A stretch of DNA of 62,615 nucleotides, filler included, from Globobulimina sp. (lineage: Eukaryota), in the NCBI GenBank assembly GCA_003354225.1. It is 15 parts of 15 records of this genome, joined end to end, with 100 filler letters (N's around TTAATTAATTAA, not from the genome) between each part and the next. Parts side by side here need not be neighbours in the genome. Positions count along the whole stretch, not along the records: positions 1 to 4,087 come from PIVH01001632.1; positions 4,188 to 8,273 come from PIVH01001633.1; positions 8,374 to 12,457 come from PIVH01001634.1; 12 more parts are not named here. One strand, given 5' to 3'. A program made the translations under genes and the position numbers. The notes beneath the pieces were generated by a model. It was not told where the DNA came from, did no database searches, and saw nothing but the letters and a program-made list of their open reading frames with translations. Below, piece after piece: positions 1-11,969 of the stretch; positions within the stretch are counted from its first letter, which is position 1; the number at the start of each line of letters is the position of its first letter.

Positions 1-119
1 TGCCAGAATATCACATTATAGCAAGCCTTCTATGAAGAAGAGTATTATGATCTTTCATTTCGCCGGCAGGCAACATAATGACGAAAAAAAAATAATCATG
101 GTGATGATGAATGATTCTA
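1..119 (+). repeat. Terminal direct repeat identical to 3969..4087 (circular or tandem contig overlap)
   Basis: The 119-nt stretch tgccagaatatcac...gatgaatgattcta occurs at both ends of contig 1. Confidence 0.95.
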
Positions 120-191
120 ATGCTCGATGTTCATTTTGACATTTTTATTCGTATATTGTGTTGTGATCGATCTATTATTGTATCCTATTTA

Positions 192-236
192 TATTCTTTA
201 TTCTTTATTCTTTATTCTTTATTCTTTATTCTTTAT
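192..236 (+). repeat. (TATTCTT)n 7-mer microsatellite, about 6 copies
   Basis: Seen directly in the sequence. Confidence 0.85.
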
Positions 237-564
237 TTAGTATTCTTTGGAGGGATACAACTCACCGGCCGATTGAAAGAATTTTGTCAAAATGTCTTGA
301 TCCTTCTGAGAAAACAGCTACACGAAAAAACGACATTTTAAGCTTACTTCACTGTAAGAGAAATATTCGGTATACAGGGGGGGAGGGCGTTATCTATCTG
401 AAATTCTGAATTTATTCGCTCAGTTACACACAAAAATTTATTCGTTCCTAAATACAACTTAATTAGGTAAGCCTGCCACTTTATTTATATTTTGAATTTT
501 ATGAAATGTTAAAAGAGCATGCAATCACACAATGAGTCAACAACCTTAATTAATATAATATGTG

Positions 565-1605
565 TCAGCAATATTCATTATATCTCCATTTTACGTTGAA
601 TAATTTTGTCATATTTTTGATGTTTTCACATTGTTGTTTTGAATATTTGAACAACATATCAATTTGGACATTTTTGTCATATTTTCCATGTGTTATGTGA
701 TTATCATTTGTATTTTTATTATCTTCATTATAAACATTATATTTGTTTAATTTATTCAGCAAATTACTTTTTTCCTCATATTTATAAACATAAAGATGGT
801 CCAACAACGACGAACAAGTTAAATTGTAATCATTTTCAAAATCTTCTAAAAAGACATTGTATCCTTCAATGAGCGACAAGTTATTATGAATGATATAATT
901 ATGACTTGAATATATTTCTGGAAAATCACAAGTTGCATATCGCAAATATTCAAAATGAATTCCTTCTGAATTATTAAATATTTTATTATGAATCTGTTTT
1001 ATCGAATAATTATTGATATAATCATCAAAATCATCAAACTGATCGAATAAAAGTGATTTAACTAAATTTGCGGCACAAATAATTCTGTTAAATTCTCCAA
1101 AAGTTTGTTTTGTTTTTGATAATTGGATCATTTTTGAAATTTCAATATTTGTCCATTTTTCGGCAGAATATGTTTTATGAAAATTGTAAGCTGACAATAT
1201 TGTATTTGCTGGAGATCTCATTGCATGAATTATAATTATTATGCTTTTCTTTTTCTTTTTCTTCTCATTTATAAATCCTTCAATATATTCTTTTGATAAA
1301 TGTGTTGTTGTCGAAACGTGCTCATTCAAATCACATTTTTTGTCAATATATTTATCAATTTCATTTGCAATGAATCGTGCAATGAGATGAGTTCCTGTTT
1401 TATGATGTCCCCCAAATAAAATATTTGAAGTTGGTATGTTACAAATATCGACATCAAAATCTTTTGAATTGTTAATAATCGAATGTTTAATGCGAATTTC
1501 GTTTGTTGTGCTTGTCATATCTTGAGTCAATATAAATATTATAAACTGAACAATCACAATAAATATTGCGACGCCACCTGTTACATGACATGCTTTGGGT
1601 GCCAT
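565..1605 (-). CDS. Type II membrane sulfotransferase-like protein
   Basis: N-terminal signal anchor (VAIFIVIVQFIIFIL), a 5'-PSB-like motif GGHHKTGTHL and a 3'-PB-like motif MRSPANTILSAY. The ATG at 1605 is preferred over the TTG at 1641. Confidence 0.7.
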   Translation of the reverse strand: MAPKACHVTGGVAIFIVIVQFIIFILTQDMTSTTNEIRIKHSIINNSKDFDVDICNIPTSNILFGGHHKTGTHLIARFIANEIDKYIDKKCDLNEHVSTTTHLSKEYIEGFINEKKKKKKSIIIIIHAMRSPANTILSAYNFHKTYSAEKWTNIEISKMIQLSKTKQTFGEFNRIICAANLVKSLLFDQFDDFDDYINNYSIKQIHNKIFNNSEGIHFEYLRYATCDFPEIYSSHNYIIHNNLSLIEGYNVFLEDFENDYNLTCSSLLDHLYVYKYEEKSNLLNKLNKYNVYNEDNKNTNDNHITHGKYDKNVQIDMLFKYSKQQCENIKNMTKLFNVKWRYNEYC

Positions 1606-2915
1606 GCAAAGATTGTTTTGATACCTGACCCCTTCAACCAATTTTGTTGTAATTTAATGTATTTTTGTATTCTTTGTTGCATAAATTCCGATCCTTTGTG
1701 AGAAAATACATTTTTTGCGCACCAATCAAATCCAGTCACTGTCAAATTGGTTACATTCGATGAATATAATATTGTATTTGCTGTCAAGTTATATTGCATT
1801 AAGCAATTTTTTATCACCTTTTGAAATTTATTGTAATCCGAAAAATCACTGCGTTTCAATTGAAATCGTGAATTATTTACTAAATAAGAATCATTTTCCT
1901 TGGTTGATAATATCTGATTAATTTCGTTTTTGTCATTATAATTATTCATTGTATCATACCACAAAGACATCCATTTATAATCCAAATTAAATCGTCCATT
2001 ACACACTGGATTTATTGACCGAATGATTAAACATTTGACATTCATTTGATTTGCTTTATTGATTATTTTATCGATTACTGCTTCAGTATATTTTGAAAAG
2101 TGTATCAGTTTTTTATTAGGAGCACGAAGCGGAAGTAAATGCATTGCGTGAAATCCGTACAAATCCGTATAAATCACATCAATCTTTGAATGTTTATTGT
2201 TAATAAAAGCATAGAGAGGCGCCATAGGTACTTGTTTATACCAATTTATCTCAAAATTATCCAATAAATGCATAGTGTGAATATTCTTTACATTTTGCAT
2301 ATATTTATTTGATATTAACTCGCTATTTTCGAGTTTTTCATGTTTTTGAAGTGCAAATTGAGAATAAAGCAATTTTGAGAAATTAAATGTGAAAAATGCA
2401 TCTCGATCATCATCAATTTTATTTGCAATATATCCATAATGAATGATATAAAATAATATTTCCAGATGCAGTCGAATGAGAGAATTACCATTATATAAAA
2501 TAATTGTATTATTCAACATATTTACTAATAATAAAGGGGTCAATTTATGCCATATCATATCATCTAAAACTATGTCCCCATTCCAATTAAAATAATCTTG
2601 ACTTGCTAATATTTGTATAAATTTATCAATTAATTTTTGATTCGCAATCATTGGAACATTCGTTGGATAAATCGTGGGGAAATAGGTTGGATAAAGTGTG
2701 GGGGAATAAGTTGGATAAATCGTGGGTTTATTCGTCGAATAAATGGTGTGTTTATTCACTTCATTTAATTTATTCACAACGCTCAACGAATTCGAATGAG
2801 TTTCAGAGATTTGTCCCAATAATTCTGGATGATTTAATCCAAAAAAGAACCCAATTACAATTCCAATAAACACGCTAAAAATAAAACAGAATTTAGAGAA
2901 CTGCATTAAATGCAT
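1581..2915 (-). CDS. Type II membrane protein with a PT(I/L)YPT stem; possible SGNH/PC-esterase (O-acetyltransferase-like) fold
   Basis: N-terminal TM segment, 12-nt PTxY repeats at about 2650-2730, and LYNGNSLIR resembling SGNH block I (GDS). No clear DxxH, so the function is tentative. Confidence 0.5.
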   Translation of the reverse strand: MHLMQFSKFCFIFSVFIGIVIGFFFGLNHPELLGQISETHSNSLSVVNKLNEVNKHTIYSTNKPTIYPTYSPTLYPTYFPTIYPTNVPMIANQKLIDKFIQILASQDYFNWNGDIVLDDMIWHKLTPLLLVNMLNNTIILYNGNSLIRLHLEILFYIIHYGYIANKIDDDRDAFFTFNFSKLLYSQFALQKHEKLENSELISNKYMQNVKNIHTMHLLDNFEINWYKQVPMAPLYAFINNKHSKIDVIYTDLYGFHAMHLLPLRAPNKKLIHFSKYTEAVIDKIINKANQMNVKCLIIRSINPVCNGRFNLDYKWMSLWYDTMNNYNDKNEINQILSTKENDSYLVNNSRFQLKRSDFSDYNKFQKVIKNCLMQYNLTANTILYSSNVTNLTVTGFDWCAKNVFSHKGSEFMQQRIQKYIKLQQNWLKGSGIKTIFAWHPKHVM

Positions 2916-2946
2916 ATGAGTCGTGGCTGAAAATCTCTCTTAAGTC

Positions 2947-4087
2947 ATGCACAAAGGATATTATGTTTTGGACACACTCGTTGTCGCTTTTGCAGTGCAT
3001 GCATTCTTTCAATATCGAATGCTAAGTTATAATTTTGCTGAACCGTCGTACAATTATATTGTTAGAGATAATATGAAAATCACACCGATGAATTTGACCG
3101 TAAATTTGTTGGAGAAAGAATGTATGTTTCATCATTGGGACGGTTTTGTGTCGCATAAAATTGATTTGTACAAACAATCATTACAATGTTTTGAATATGG
3201 TTATATTTGGAAATTTAATCATGTTGAACCTATTAATATGACCGCACAACATTTTGCTGTTTTGATCATGTTTATTGATGGCAAAATGAGTACAAATAAA
3301 TTTCGTATTAATCAATCGTTTTGGTCTGATTCTCGATGGAAATATTTCAAACTTGAAAACGCATTGAAATATTGCAAAATGAATGGATATGATTTGGTGT
3401 TTATGAATAAAGCAATATTTAAATATCAAAGCATGCGCAATGATACAGATTATAATAAATATATGAATTCCCCGCATTTTCAGAAGTTATTTTTGATTAA
3501 ACATTTTGTGAAATCCTATTCTTGGATGTTATGGATGGATTTTGATTCATTTATTTATGACTGTCATAGTGCCAATATACAAAATATCATCAATATTGCT
3601 TATGAGACACACGAGGAATTAAAATTCGATGAAACAATATCATTGATATTTGCAGGTGGTCCCCACACACGATTTAATAGCGGCGTATTCTTAATACAAA
3701 ACAATTTCTGGTCACATAGATTTTTAATTGATGCGCTTTATGTTATCCAAAATGCAGAAAAATACAAATTGCACTCAGTGGAACCAGCTGGAATTAAGGA
3801 TCAAAAGGTGATGGGAGCATTACTTCAGGGATGGCATATTAATATTACACAAACAAAATACATTGCAAATAAAGCTCACTTATTCAAAGCACGCAGTTAT
3901 GCGGAATGGCCTATTTTGGATGCGAATATGCGTAAATATGCTGTTGCAATTCCACCGTATACAATTAATGCCAGAATATCACATTATAGCAAGCCTTCTA
4001 TGAAGAAGAGTATTATGATCTTTCATTTCGCCGGCAGGCAACATAATGACGAAAAAAAAATAATCATGGTGATGATGAATGATTCTA
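2947..4087 (+). CDS. GT34 (GMA12/MNN10)-like glycosyltransferase; continues across the circular junction to a stop at 137..139
   Basis: WMLWMDFDSFI (DxD), FNSGVFLIQNNFWS, DQ and IFHFAG motifs. The C-terminus reads ...NDSNARCSF* through the terminal repeat. Confidence 0.8.
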
Positions 4088-4187
4088 NNNNNNNNNNNNN
4101 NNNNNNNNNNNNNNNNNNNNNNNNNNNNNNNTTAATTAATTAANNNNNNNNNNNNNNNNNNNNNNNNNNNNNNNNNNNNNNNNNNNN
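4088..4187. other. Artificial contig linker (N run, TTAATTAATTAA, N run). It recurs at 8274, 12458, 16642, 20824, 25005, 29186, 33366, 37546, 41726, 45905, 50083, 54261 and 58439.
   Basis: Identical 100-nt spacers with stops in all six frames; the intervening contigs decrease in length from 4087 to 4077 bp. Confidence 0.98.
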
Positions 4188-4542
4188 CTTGTTATCGAGT
4201 TAAAAATAAGGAAAATACACAAATACAAATTAAAAGAAAGAGATTGAATGAAAAACCAACATTAAAGACATGGGATCATTACAAACCATTTGAAAATTTT
4301 TTGAAACAAAATCCAATGGATCATATTGCAATGAATGTTGTTGTTAAAAATAGTGCAAATACTGACAAGTCTGAACAAAGATGTGTGATTGGAAATTGTT
4401 TATTTGAATAAGATTCCAGACGAAATTCCTTGAACAAATCTTTGAGGCGGACTTATACGATTGTTATAAACAGTAATTTCACAGAAACGTTATAAACAGT
4501 AATCTCCGATCATAGGTGACACGTTTTAGAGTGGTATACAAT

Positions 4543-4854
4543 TCAATCAGAACCACATTTTTCTAATTGCAAAGCAATATCAGTTTTTTGTTTTTCTAAA
4601 ATCTCGATTTCATCCAATGTCGAGTCCATCATTCTTTTGATCCTTTCAGTAATGGATCGTTCCTTAGGTATGAAATGTAAGAAAGTGGTTACCACCACAC
4701 CGCCACCAACAATCAATGGTGCAATCATTCCCATTTGTGTTCTTGCAGTCCGATGCATTAATTGACGCGCTTTTGGATGTAAGTCCAATCGTTCATTATT
4801 TATGCCAAACTCCTCTGTTCTTGGCATTGTTCGTTTATTCCATCGCGACGACAT
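4543..4854 (-). CDS. Small single-TM hypothetical protein (103 aa)
   Basis: ATG-initiated ORF with one hydrophobic segment and a coiled-coil-like C-terminus; divergent from the transporter gene. Confidence 0.5.
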   Translation of the reverse strand: MSSRWNKRTMPRTEEFGINNERLDLHPKARQLMHRTARTQMGMIAPLIVGGGVVVTTFLHFIPKERSITERIKRMMDSTLDEIEILEKQKTDIALQLEKCGSD

Positions 4855-4915
4855 TAGTTAAATTAATACAATTATTAGAAAATGCTAACAAATTCAGATT
4901 GAAAGTTTTTTACAC

Positions 4916-6454
4916 ATGGCTGAAGACACAAGTGGTGATATCGCGCTGAAACATTTACTAAAAGACCCAGGAACCAACTATTACACTCAATTAAATGACT
5001 CCACAACCGTTGTAACTGACGATGAATTCGAAGACCTAAGCAAATCCGTGCTAGAAACAACTGCGGGAAGTCAACTAACAAAATCTAGCAGGAAAAAGTC
5101 ATCAATTGCATCAGATTTTTTTTCTCAATCCAAAGCAACAATGTTTAGGTGGGTTAATTCTTTTTTTTTCTCAATAAATTAATACCAAAGCCCAACGTTA
5201 TTAAACTGTTTAATTAGTTCAGGAGTCAATCTTTGTAATGCAAACATTGGTGCCGGTATGTTAGGACTACCATTCGCAGTGCGCGATTCTGGCTGGTTAA
5301 TGGGTATAATGTTATTTATCATTTTTTCCTGTCTGACCATATTCTCATTTAATTTATTAACGGCTGTGGGCCATTGTTATTATCGAGAAGGCAGGACATC
5401 ATCCTACGCCATTGTATGCAATGATATTGCACCACGATTGCAAGTAGTTATTGATGTATGTATTGTATTTGGCTCTATATTAACAAATGCTGCATATTTA
5501 ATTGTCATTGGTGATTATATGCCATTAGTAACCATGGAATTGGCCGGTATGTCCCCCTCCACACACAGTGATTCTATGTTTATAACGCGAGAATTTTGGA
5601 TTATTATATTTTTAATTGTTTTAATATTACCGACCACTGCATTGAAAAAGTTGGATGAATTACGATTCAGTTCAATGATTGCAATCGGATGTTTTATTTA
5701 TGTGACGATAATTGTTATAATATTCTTCCTGGTCGACAGTGACAGTTTGCATATTGGTGATGATGATAAAGGAGAAATCGCAGCAGAGCCATCCTCTGTT
5801 TTCGATTTCTTTAAAGCAGCACCAATATTTATCACAGCCTATGGAGGACATCCGTTAGCCTTTATTGTGACGAATGAGTTATACAATCCGACATTGAGAC
5901 GTATTAATATTACACTGGTAAATACGTTTGTTTTTGTGACTGCAGTATATGTCACAGTTGGTTTATTTGGGTATTTGACGTTTGGTAATAAAACACAATC
6001 AAACATATTATTAAATTATCCAGATAATAATGTTTTGATTATTATTGTGAGGATTGGACTATCAGTGGCCGTAGCTTTTTCATATTCGGTTATCGCCAGT
6101 TTTTGGAAAGAATCAATGGCCGCATTGTTGTTTGGAGTGGATAAACAAGGCAAAGATGCAAAAGGTTTGGTGTGGTATAAATATTATACTTTGGTTGCAA
6201 TATTAATATTTTCTACTTTAACAATTTCAATGTTAACTGATGATTTAGGAGTTGTACTTAAAATAAAAGGTGCCACCGGGAGTGCGTTCCTTCAAATTAT
6301 TGCTCCAGGATTAATATATTATTATTATGATAAATTACATGTACAGACAATGGTAGCTAATCCATGGCACAACTTAAAATTGAAGGGATCAATATGTTTG
6401 ATTGTATTTGGATGTATTATGATACCGTTTGGAACAACACTTGTTTTCGTATAA
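4916..6454 (+). CDS. Amino acid transporter (AAAP/SLC38 family), two exons, intron 5149..5217
   Basis: Splicing GT(5149)..AG(5217) gives MFSSGVNLCNANIGAGMLGLPFA, the family TM1 motif. About 11 TM segments and GYLTFG...NILLNYP. Confidence 0.92.
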
Positions 6455-6602
6455 ATAGCATTTATACTTTTTTTTTTGTACATTTAAATATTATTATCAT
6501 GACATCCTTCAAGGGGATGACACCATAATTGCATGCGCATATGCACAAAAACGATCTGCGGTGATAGCTAAAGAAAAAACTTTATACGATTGCAAATTTG
6601 CA

Positions 6603-8273
6603 ATGGCTCGCACAAAACAAACAGCTCGAAAATCAACAGGTGGCAAGGCGCCACGCAAACAGTTAGCAACTTACGCAGCACGTAAATCAGCACCAACAGC
6701 TGGCCAAATAACAGCTGATTCATCACGGGAGTCAATGGAACATTTCTTGTATGCCCAAAAACGAGAAAATTGGTTAGATACATTAATTGTAGACAGTGAA
6801 GAATCTTTATATTATAATATGTTACAAATTGATAATGAAATCGAAGAATGCATTCAAAATAATAATGGCAATGACATATTACAAGATTTAATTCAACAAA
6901 TGACTGAATGCATTGACATTGTACAAATTATCAAAGACGAGGAAGACTCAAATATCATAACACCACGAATTGAAAAAATTATATTTAGATTTACAATGAG
7001 AATGATTGGCAATGATAAAAGTAACAAATATTGGAACAAATTAATTGATAAATTAAAATTTCATAGCAAATCAATCCAATTTAATGATAAAAAGCCAATA
7101 AAAAAACGATTAGCACAAAGCAGTGATGATATTCAATATCCATCCATTATTAAACCATTTTCTATGTTCGTAAAATCGGAAATTATCAATTGTTTAAATA
7201 ATAAAAAACAAAGTAAACAGTATTTATTCAAGAATAAGTTGAGCCAAAACTGTATTTTTGACATAGTAAATGACGAGAAAATATTTAAGAATTTAGCCAA
7301 TTGGCAAATTGCTGAAATATTAAACTTCGAATCAATTATTTATATTTCAAATGATAAATTATTATATTTATTAAAGAAGGATTTCAAAAAAAATAAAACA
7401 TTATTTGGAGATCGTGATATTCATAAAAAACTATCGATTGATGTTTTAGATAAATTACATTGTTATTTTCCAGCATTAATTCAAAATAGAATATTTTTAA
7501 CATTTTATATTAACAAATTACGACCAAAATGTCTGTTAAAATACGAGGATGATAACTGGGATAAAACCGGAGATATTCAAAGCAAAATAGTATATTATCA
7601 AATAATATCCAATTTTATTGATAAATATTTAATTTTGCCATCACATAATCAGTTTAAATGTGCCTTATTGTTATTTTTAATGAAGAAACAGTATCATTTC
7701 AATGGCGAAATTGATATAAATTTATTTTTTAAATATTTAATGATTCCAAAAAGAAAGAGTTATAATCAAACAATATGGACATATTATGATTATTATACGG
7801 ATAAAATGAAAAAACAAAAAGAAAGATTACTTATTAAACAACAAAGAAATAACACGAATAACAACAATACAAATAATAATATTAATGATTCAGAGGATGA
7901 TGAGGAGGATGAAAATGACAAAAATATATTACAAGAAATGAGTTTTATTGGTTTTGGAGAAGAGGTAAACGTTTGGAGAGCCTTTAATTTTTGTGATGAT
8001 TTTTTAACCAATGTAGGCTCTGACGATGATGACAGTGCTTCGACAGCGGGAATGACGATGTTTAAATTCATAGTGATTCGACACGATAATGACGATGATA
8101 AATTTGTACATGATGCAATTTTATATTTTTTAAGAAATAACAATAAAATATCACACATTACCTCTGCTTTAAAGGCAATGATTGAAAAAGATATAAATAA
8201 GTTAAATATAATTAATATGATTTATAATAAAGGAACGCAACAAATTGATGAAGATGACAAAAATGATCAAGAC
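6603..8273 (+). CDS. Large protein (3'-truncated) with an N-terminal histone H3 tail fused to a non-histone helical domain
   Basis: [34 protein letters not shown] followed by more than 520 aa in the same frame with no histone fold. Confidence 0.85.
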
Positions 8274-8564
8274 NNNNNNNNNNNNNNNNNNNNNNNNNNN
8301 NNNNNNNNNNNNNNNNNTTAATTAATTAANNNNNNNNNNNNNNNNNNNNNNNNNNNNNNNNNNNNNNNNNNNNACTTTATTCCTTGACCATTTGGACCCA
8401 ATTGACATAGTGATAACGGGAATACACAAAACAATGTTAGCAGTAAACTCAATTTCTTCATTTCGCCTACTCAAATGTGATGGTGTAATGTAACTGTTTT
8501 TGATTTTTGATTCGAAAAACTTTTCAAAGTTACAAGTCTTTTTAATCATTCTTCGAACCACTTA

Positions 8565-8773
8565 GGGGTTGTTCTTATATTGCGCATATAATTTGGACCT
8601 AGGACCTAGGTCTATGGTTATTGCAATTTAGACCTGAGTTGGGCTTTTAACGCAAGCTTATTTAGGACAACAATATGGATCACAGACAAGTCTCGAGTTA
8701 TTGCAATTTATTGCAGTTAAGGATACCTAGGTCCTAGATCCAAATTTATATTGCGCAATATAAGAACAACACC
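8565..8773. mobile_element. MITE, PIF/Harbinger (Tourist)-like
   Basis: About 45-bp imperfect TIRs (GG(G/T)GTTGTTCTTATATTGCGCA...TTTGGA(C/T)CTAGGACCTAGG) with TTA on both sides (8562-8564 and 8774-8776). Confidence 0.85.
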
Positions 8774-9023
8774 TTATATATCACATTACTATTATAGCAA
8801 ATCCAAATCTTTGGGTCATAAAGAATCGTGTTTAAAACGTAAAATAGTACCCTTATTACGCAAACATTTTCAAATTCTGAATGAATTAATTGAGTGCTGG
8901 ATTTGCAAACCCAAGACAAAGCTATAGCAAACAGTTTCTGTATAAAAAGTATATTAAATTATTATTACATTACATTCATTATATCACAAAAAGCATTGAA
9001 AAGTCATTATAACCATTGTTTCA

Positions 9024-11969
9024 CTAATTCTCTGTTGGTTTGCACAGTTTTTTTGGCACAGAAACAGCGCCTTGTTCACCAGACGGACCAAATGCTGCTA
9101 ACAATGCAATAAAAAATGTAACTGCAAATACTAAACTAAGTGCAATAATTGACATTATTAAAATGCCCATCTTTTTGAAAAAAATCATGTCAGGAAAAAT
9201 TAAAAACAATCCAGAACCAAATGTGGTAATACTGCCAGATATAATTGATATGCCCATTGTGTATAAAGCATATTTAATTCTTTCATACCTCTTTTTACTG
9301 TGTTCGCATTCAACATAAGCTGCAGCCAAATGGACCACGTAATCAATTGAAAAACCAATCATCATAACAATAGCAATACATTCAACAACACCCATTTCCC
9401 AACCCTGCAATTGCACAATCATCGTTGCACCGCACATGATGCAAATCACAGTAAGTGTTGCAAACATTGAAACAATCCAGTTCCTGGTAAATATTATTAA
9501 AACTACAAATGCTGCGGGCAATGCTACCGCAAGCCCCTGTATTGCACTTGGAATATATGCAGCTGCTGATTCTACCCAACCAAACTGCCCTGCTGATGTA
9601 AAAGCACCAGAAATATTTAAATTTGGTGCTAAAGCATTCCATTCTCTCGCTTTAGAATCAAAATAATCCATTGCTTCTTCTATCTTTAAGATAGGATCAT
9701 CCGTTGACACTGTTAACGCAAACTTGATTGCAACAAATTTTAATTGATTTTCGTCCGCATTATATCCAACCATACCATCAATCAAATGCTGAGGTTCTTC
9801 TTTTGTCCAATTTGATATTAATTGATTAAATGTTCTTCTTTGAATATCTGCATCAGCACTAAAATTAAATGGAAATGACATATTCAATGCACTTGATTTG
9901 GAAACATAACTTCTTAAATCATATATAAAACAGTTAAGTTCTTCCGATGGATTAAATAATTTATGCGAATGTGAATGTTCCAATTCTTGACAAATATCAT
10001 AAATATATTGTTGCGCTTCAACTGACGATATAGCAAAATTTTCATCGTAACGAACGGTTCCACGGTCCAAAGGATCCCAACGGTTCGCATCTGATCTGTC
10101 TATGTAAAGTGTTGTGTGTAAATATTTTTGTTTTTGTTAAATTTTATAAATGTAGTACATACCAACATATTGCTCTAACCCCCAAACAACGTTAACTCTT
10201 ATATACTGATTAATATCTCCACCGTCAAATTCGAATTGCCACCAAATCATTTTCTCTAAATAATGATTTTTTGAAAAGAACGTTTCTGGTTCAGTTAGCC
10301 GCCGTAATTTAGTGGTTTGCCATATGCTGACAGCTACGAAAATTGCAAAAAATGCCAAAATTGCTTTGTTGAATTTAATTATCCATTTGGACCATGTGTC
10401 CCTTAAGAACGTCTCTGTAGAGCGACCTTCATTGGCACGAATGAGAACATCTTCAAGTATTATTAAAGATGAACGCAATGATTCTCTTCTTGATGCTTTA
10501 CTTTCTGTTGAAACAGGCGAAACACTCGGCATTTCTTTCGGTTTTGCACGTTTACATGGAAATCGTTCATATTTTCTGACGTATATTTCATAGCAAGCGA
10601 CAACTGCTGGAAAGAACGCGAGCATTAACATATAATTAATAGCGATAACTAATCCTGCCCAAATACCAAATGTTGAAAAGACTAATAACGGCGATAAACC
10701 TGTTGCTAAACATGCAATTACCGTCGTCGCAGTGGTAACCAGCATAGCACGAGACGCTCGATTATAAGTATATGACATTCGTGCGATTATATCTGTTGGA
10801 TCTTGAACTATTTGCAAAGATTGTGACCAGGCATCTAAAAATACGAAACAATCATCCGCTCCGATTCCCAAAATTAAAAAGGCAACCATCAGTAACAAGG
10901 AACCAAAATAATTAATTCCAAACACAATTCGATATAAAAAATAACTGAAAGTGAATCCAATGATAATTTGAATTATTGCCATAGTTGGCAAAAATAAACT
11001 TTTCGTGTGAACTGACATAATCACAAATACTGCAAAAACACTTGCCGCAATCCAGATCATGCCAGCATTCGTTGCCTTATCTAAGTCTAAGAAAAAAAAT
11101 CTTGCCGCACTCATTACAATTTCAATTCCATTGTGGTCACTATTTAACTTAATATCTTCATATATGGGATACATGTAATCATCGAAATAAGCAGCTTGTT
11201 TGTCGAATCTGTCAAGTTTATTCTTGAAAGATGAGTTTGTGTCTGATATATCTGGAAACGGTAAACCGAATGTAAAAAATGCTCGGTAATATTGACTTTT
11301 TCGCGTGCTTTTAAATGAACGATCAAAATGATTGTAAAATAGAGCTCCATAATTTGAAATCGACGCATTAATCACAGTATCGAGTTGTTGTTGAGTGAGT
11401 GTCGTCGGATCAAAACCATGTGCACGGATACCTTTGGCAATTGGATCAACCGTTGCAAAATCTGAACAATTAGGGAATGAATATGAATCTGCATAACATA
11501 ATTTGGAATATTCATCGTAGTTTGTATCTGTTACTTTAGAATTTGTTTGTGCGATATAAGATAAATAATCTTTTTCGATTCCAGGTTGTAAAATATTGCT
11601 ACCATCCCTTGTATGGAACATTATCGCCACAGAAAACGTCATTTCTTGTTGTGTTTTTGGTTCTGCACTGTATTTGATTGTGTGGCTGATATCTTTTGTT
11701 GCCAGAGTTAATGCATCAAAATGATGGGTAGCTTTTGCTGAACTGTCATAATATTCCATTCCAACTCCACCATCACTCATTGAAAATACATTCACATCAG
11801 CAACACAAGCCAATACAGACAAACTTATAATTGACCATATGATTTTGCATGGATGTCTTGTTATAATCTCAGCGACTTTTAAATGTTTCTTAACTGGAAC
11901 AATGTTATCTGTGTCTTTATTATCTTCAGTGTTGTGCGTGTATGTCAATCCTTTATTTTCTTCTGTCAT
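9024..11969 (-). CDS. Patched/Dispatched-family RND protein with a sterol-sensing domain; intron 10100..10162
   Basis: GIGADDCFVF and GFSIDYVVH TM motifs. Splicing joins VVWGLEQYV|DRSDANRWDPLDRG in frame. Confidence 0.9.

Noticed and set aside
4088-4187. Regularly spaced TTAATTAATTAA palindromes about every 4.18 kb
   Set aside because: These are artificial linkers embedded in N runs. ORFs that run into X characters are simply truncated.
6603-6704. Canonical histone H3 gene
   Set aside because: No KPHRYRPG or histone fold follows, and no splice to one is visible in the contig.
7793-8158. Short antisense and alternative-frame ORFs (this one and many similar)
   Set aside because: They are shadows of low-complexity coding regions, with no motifs of their own.
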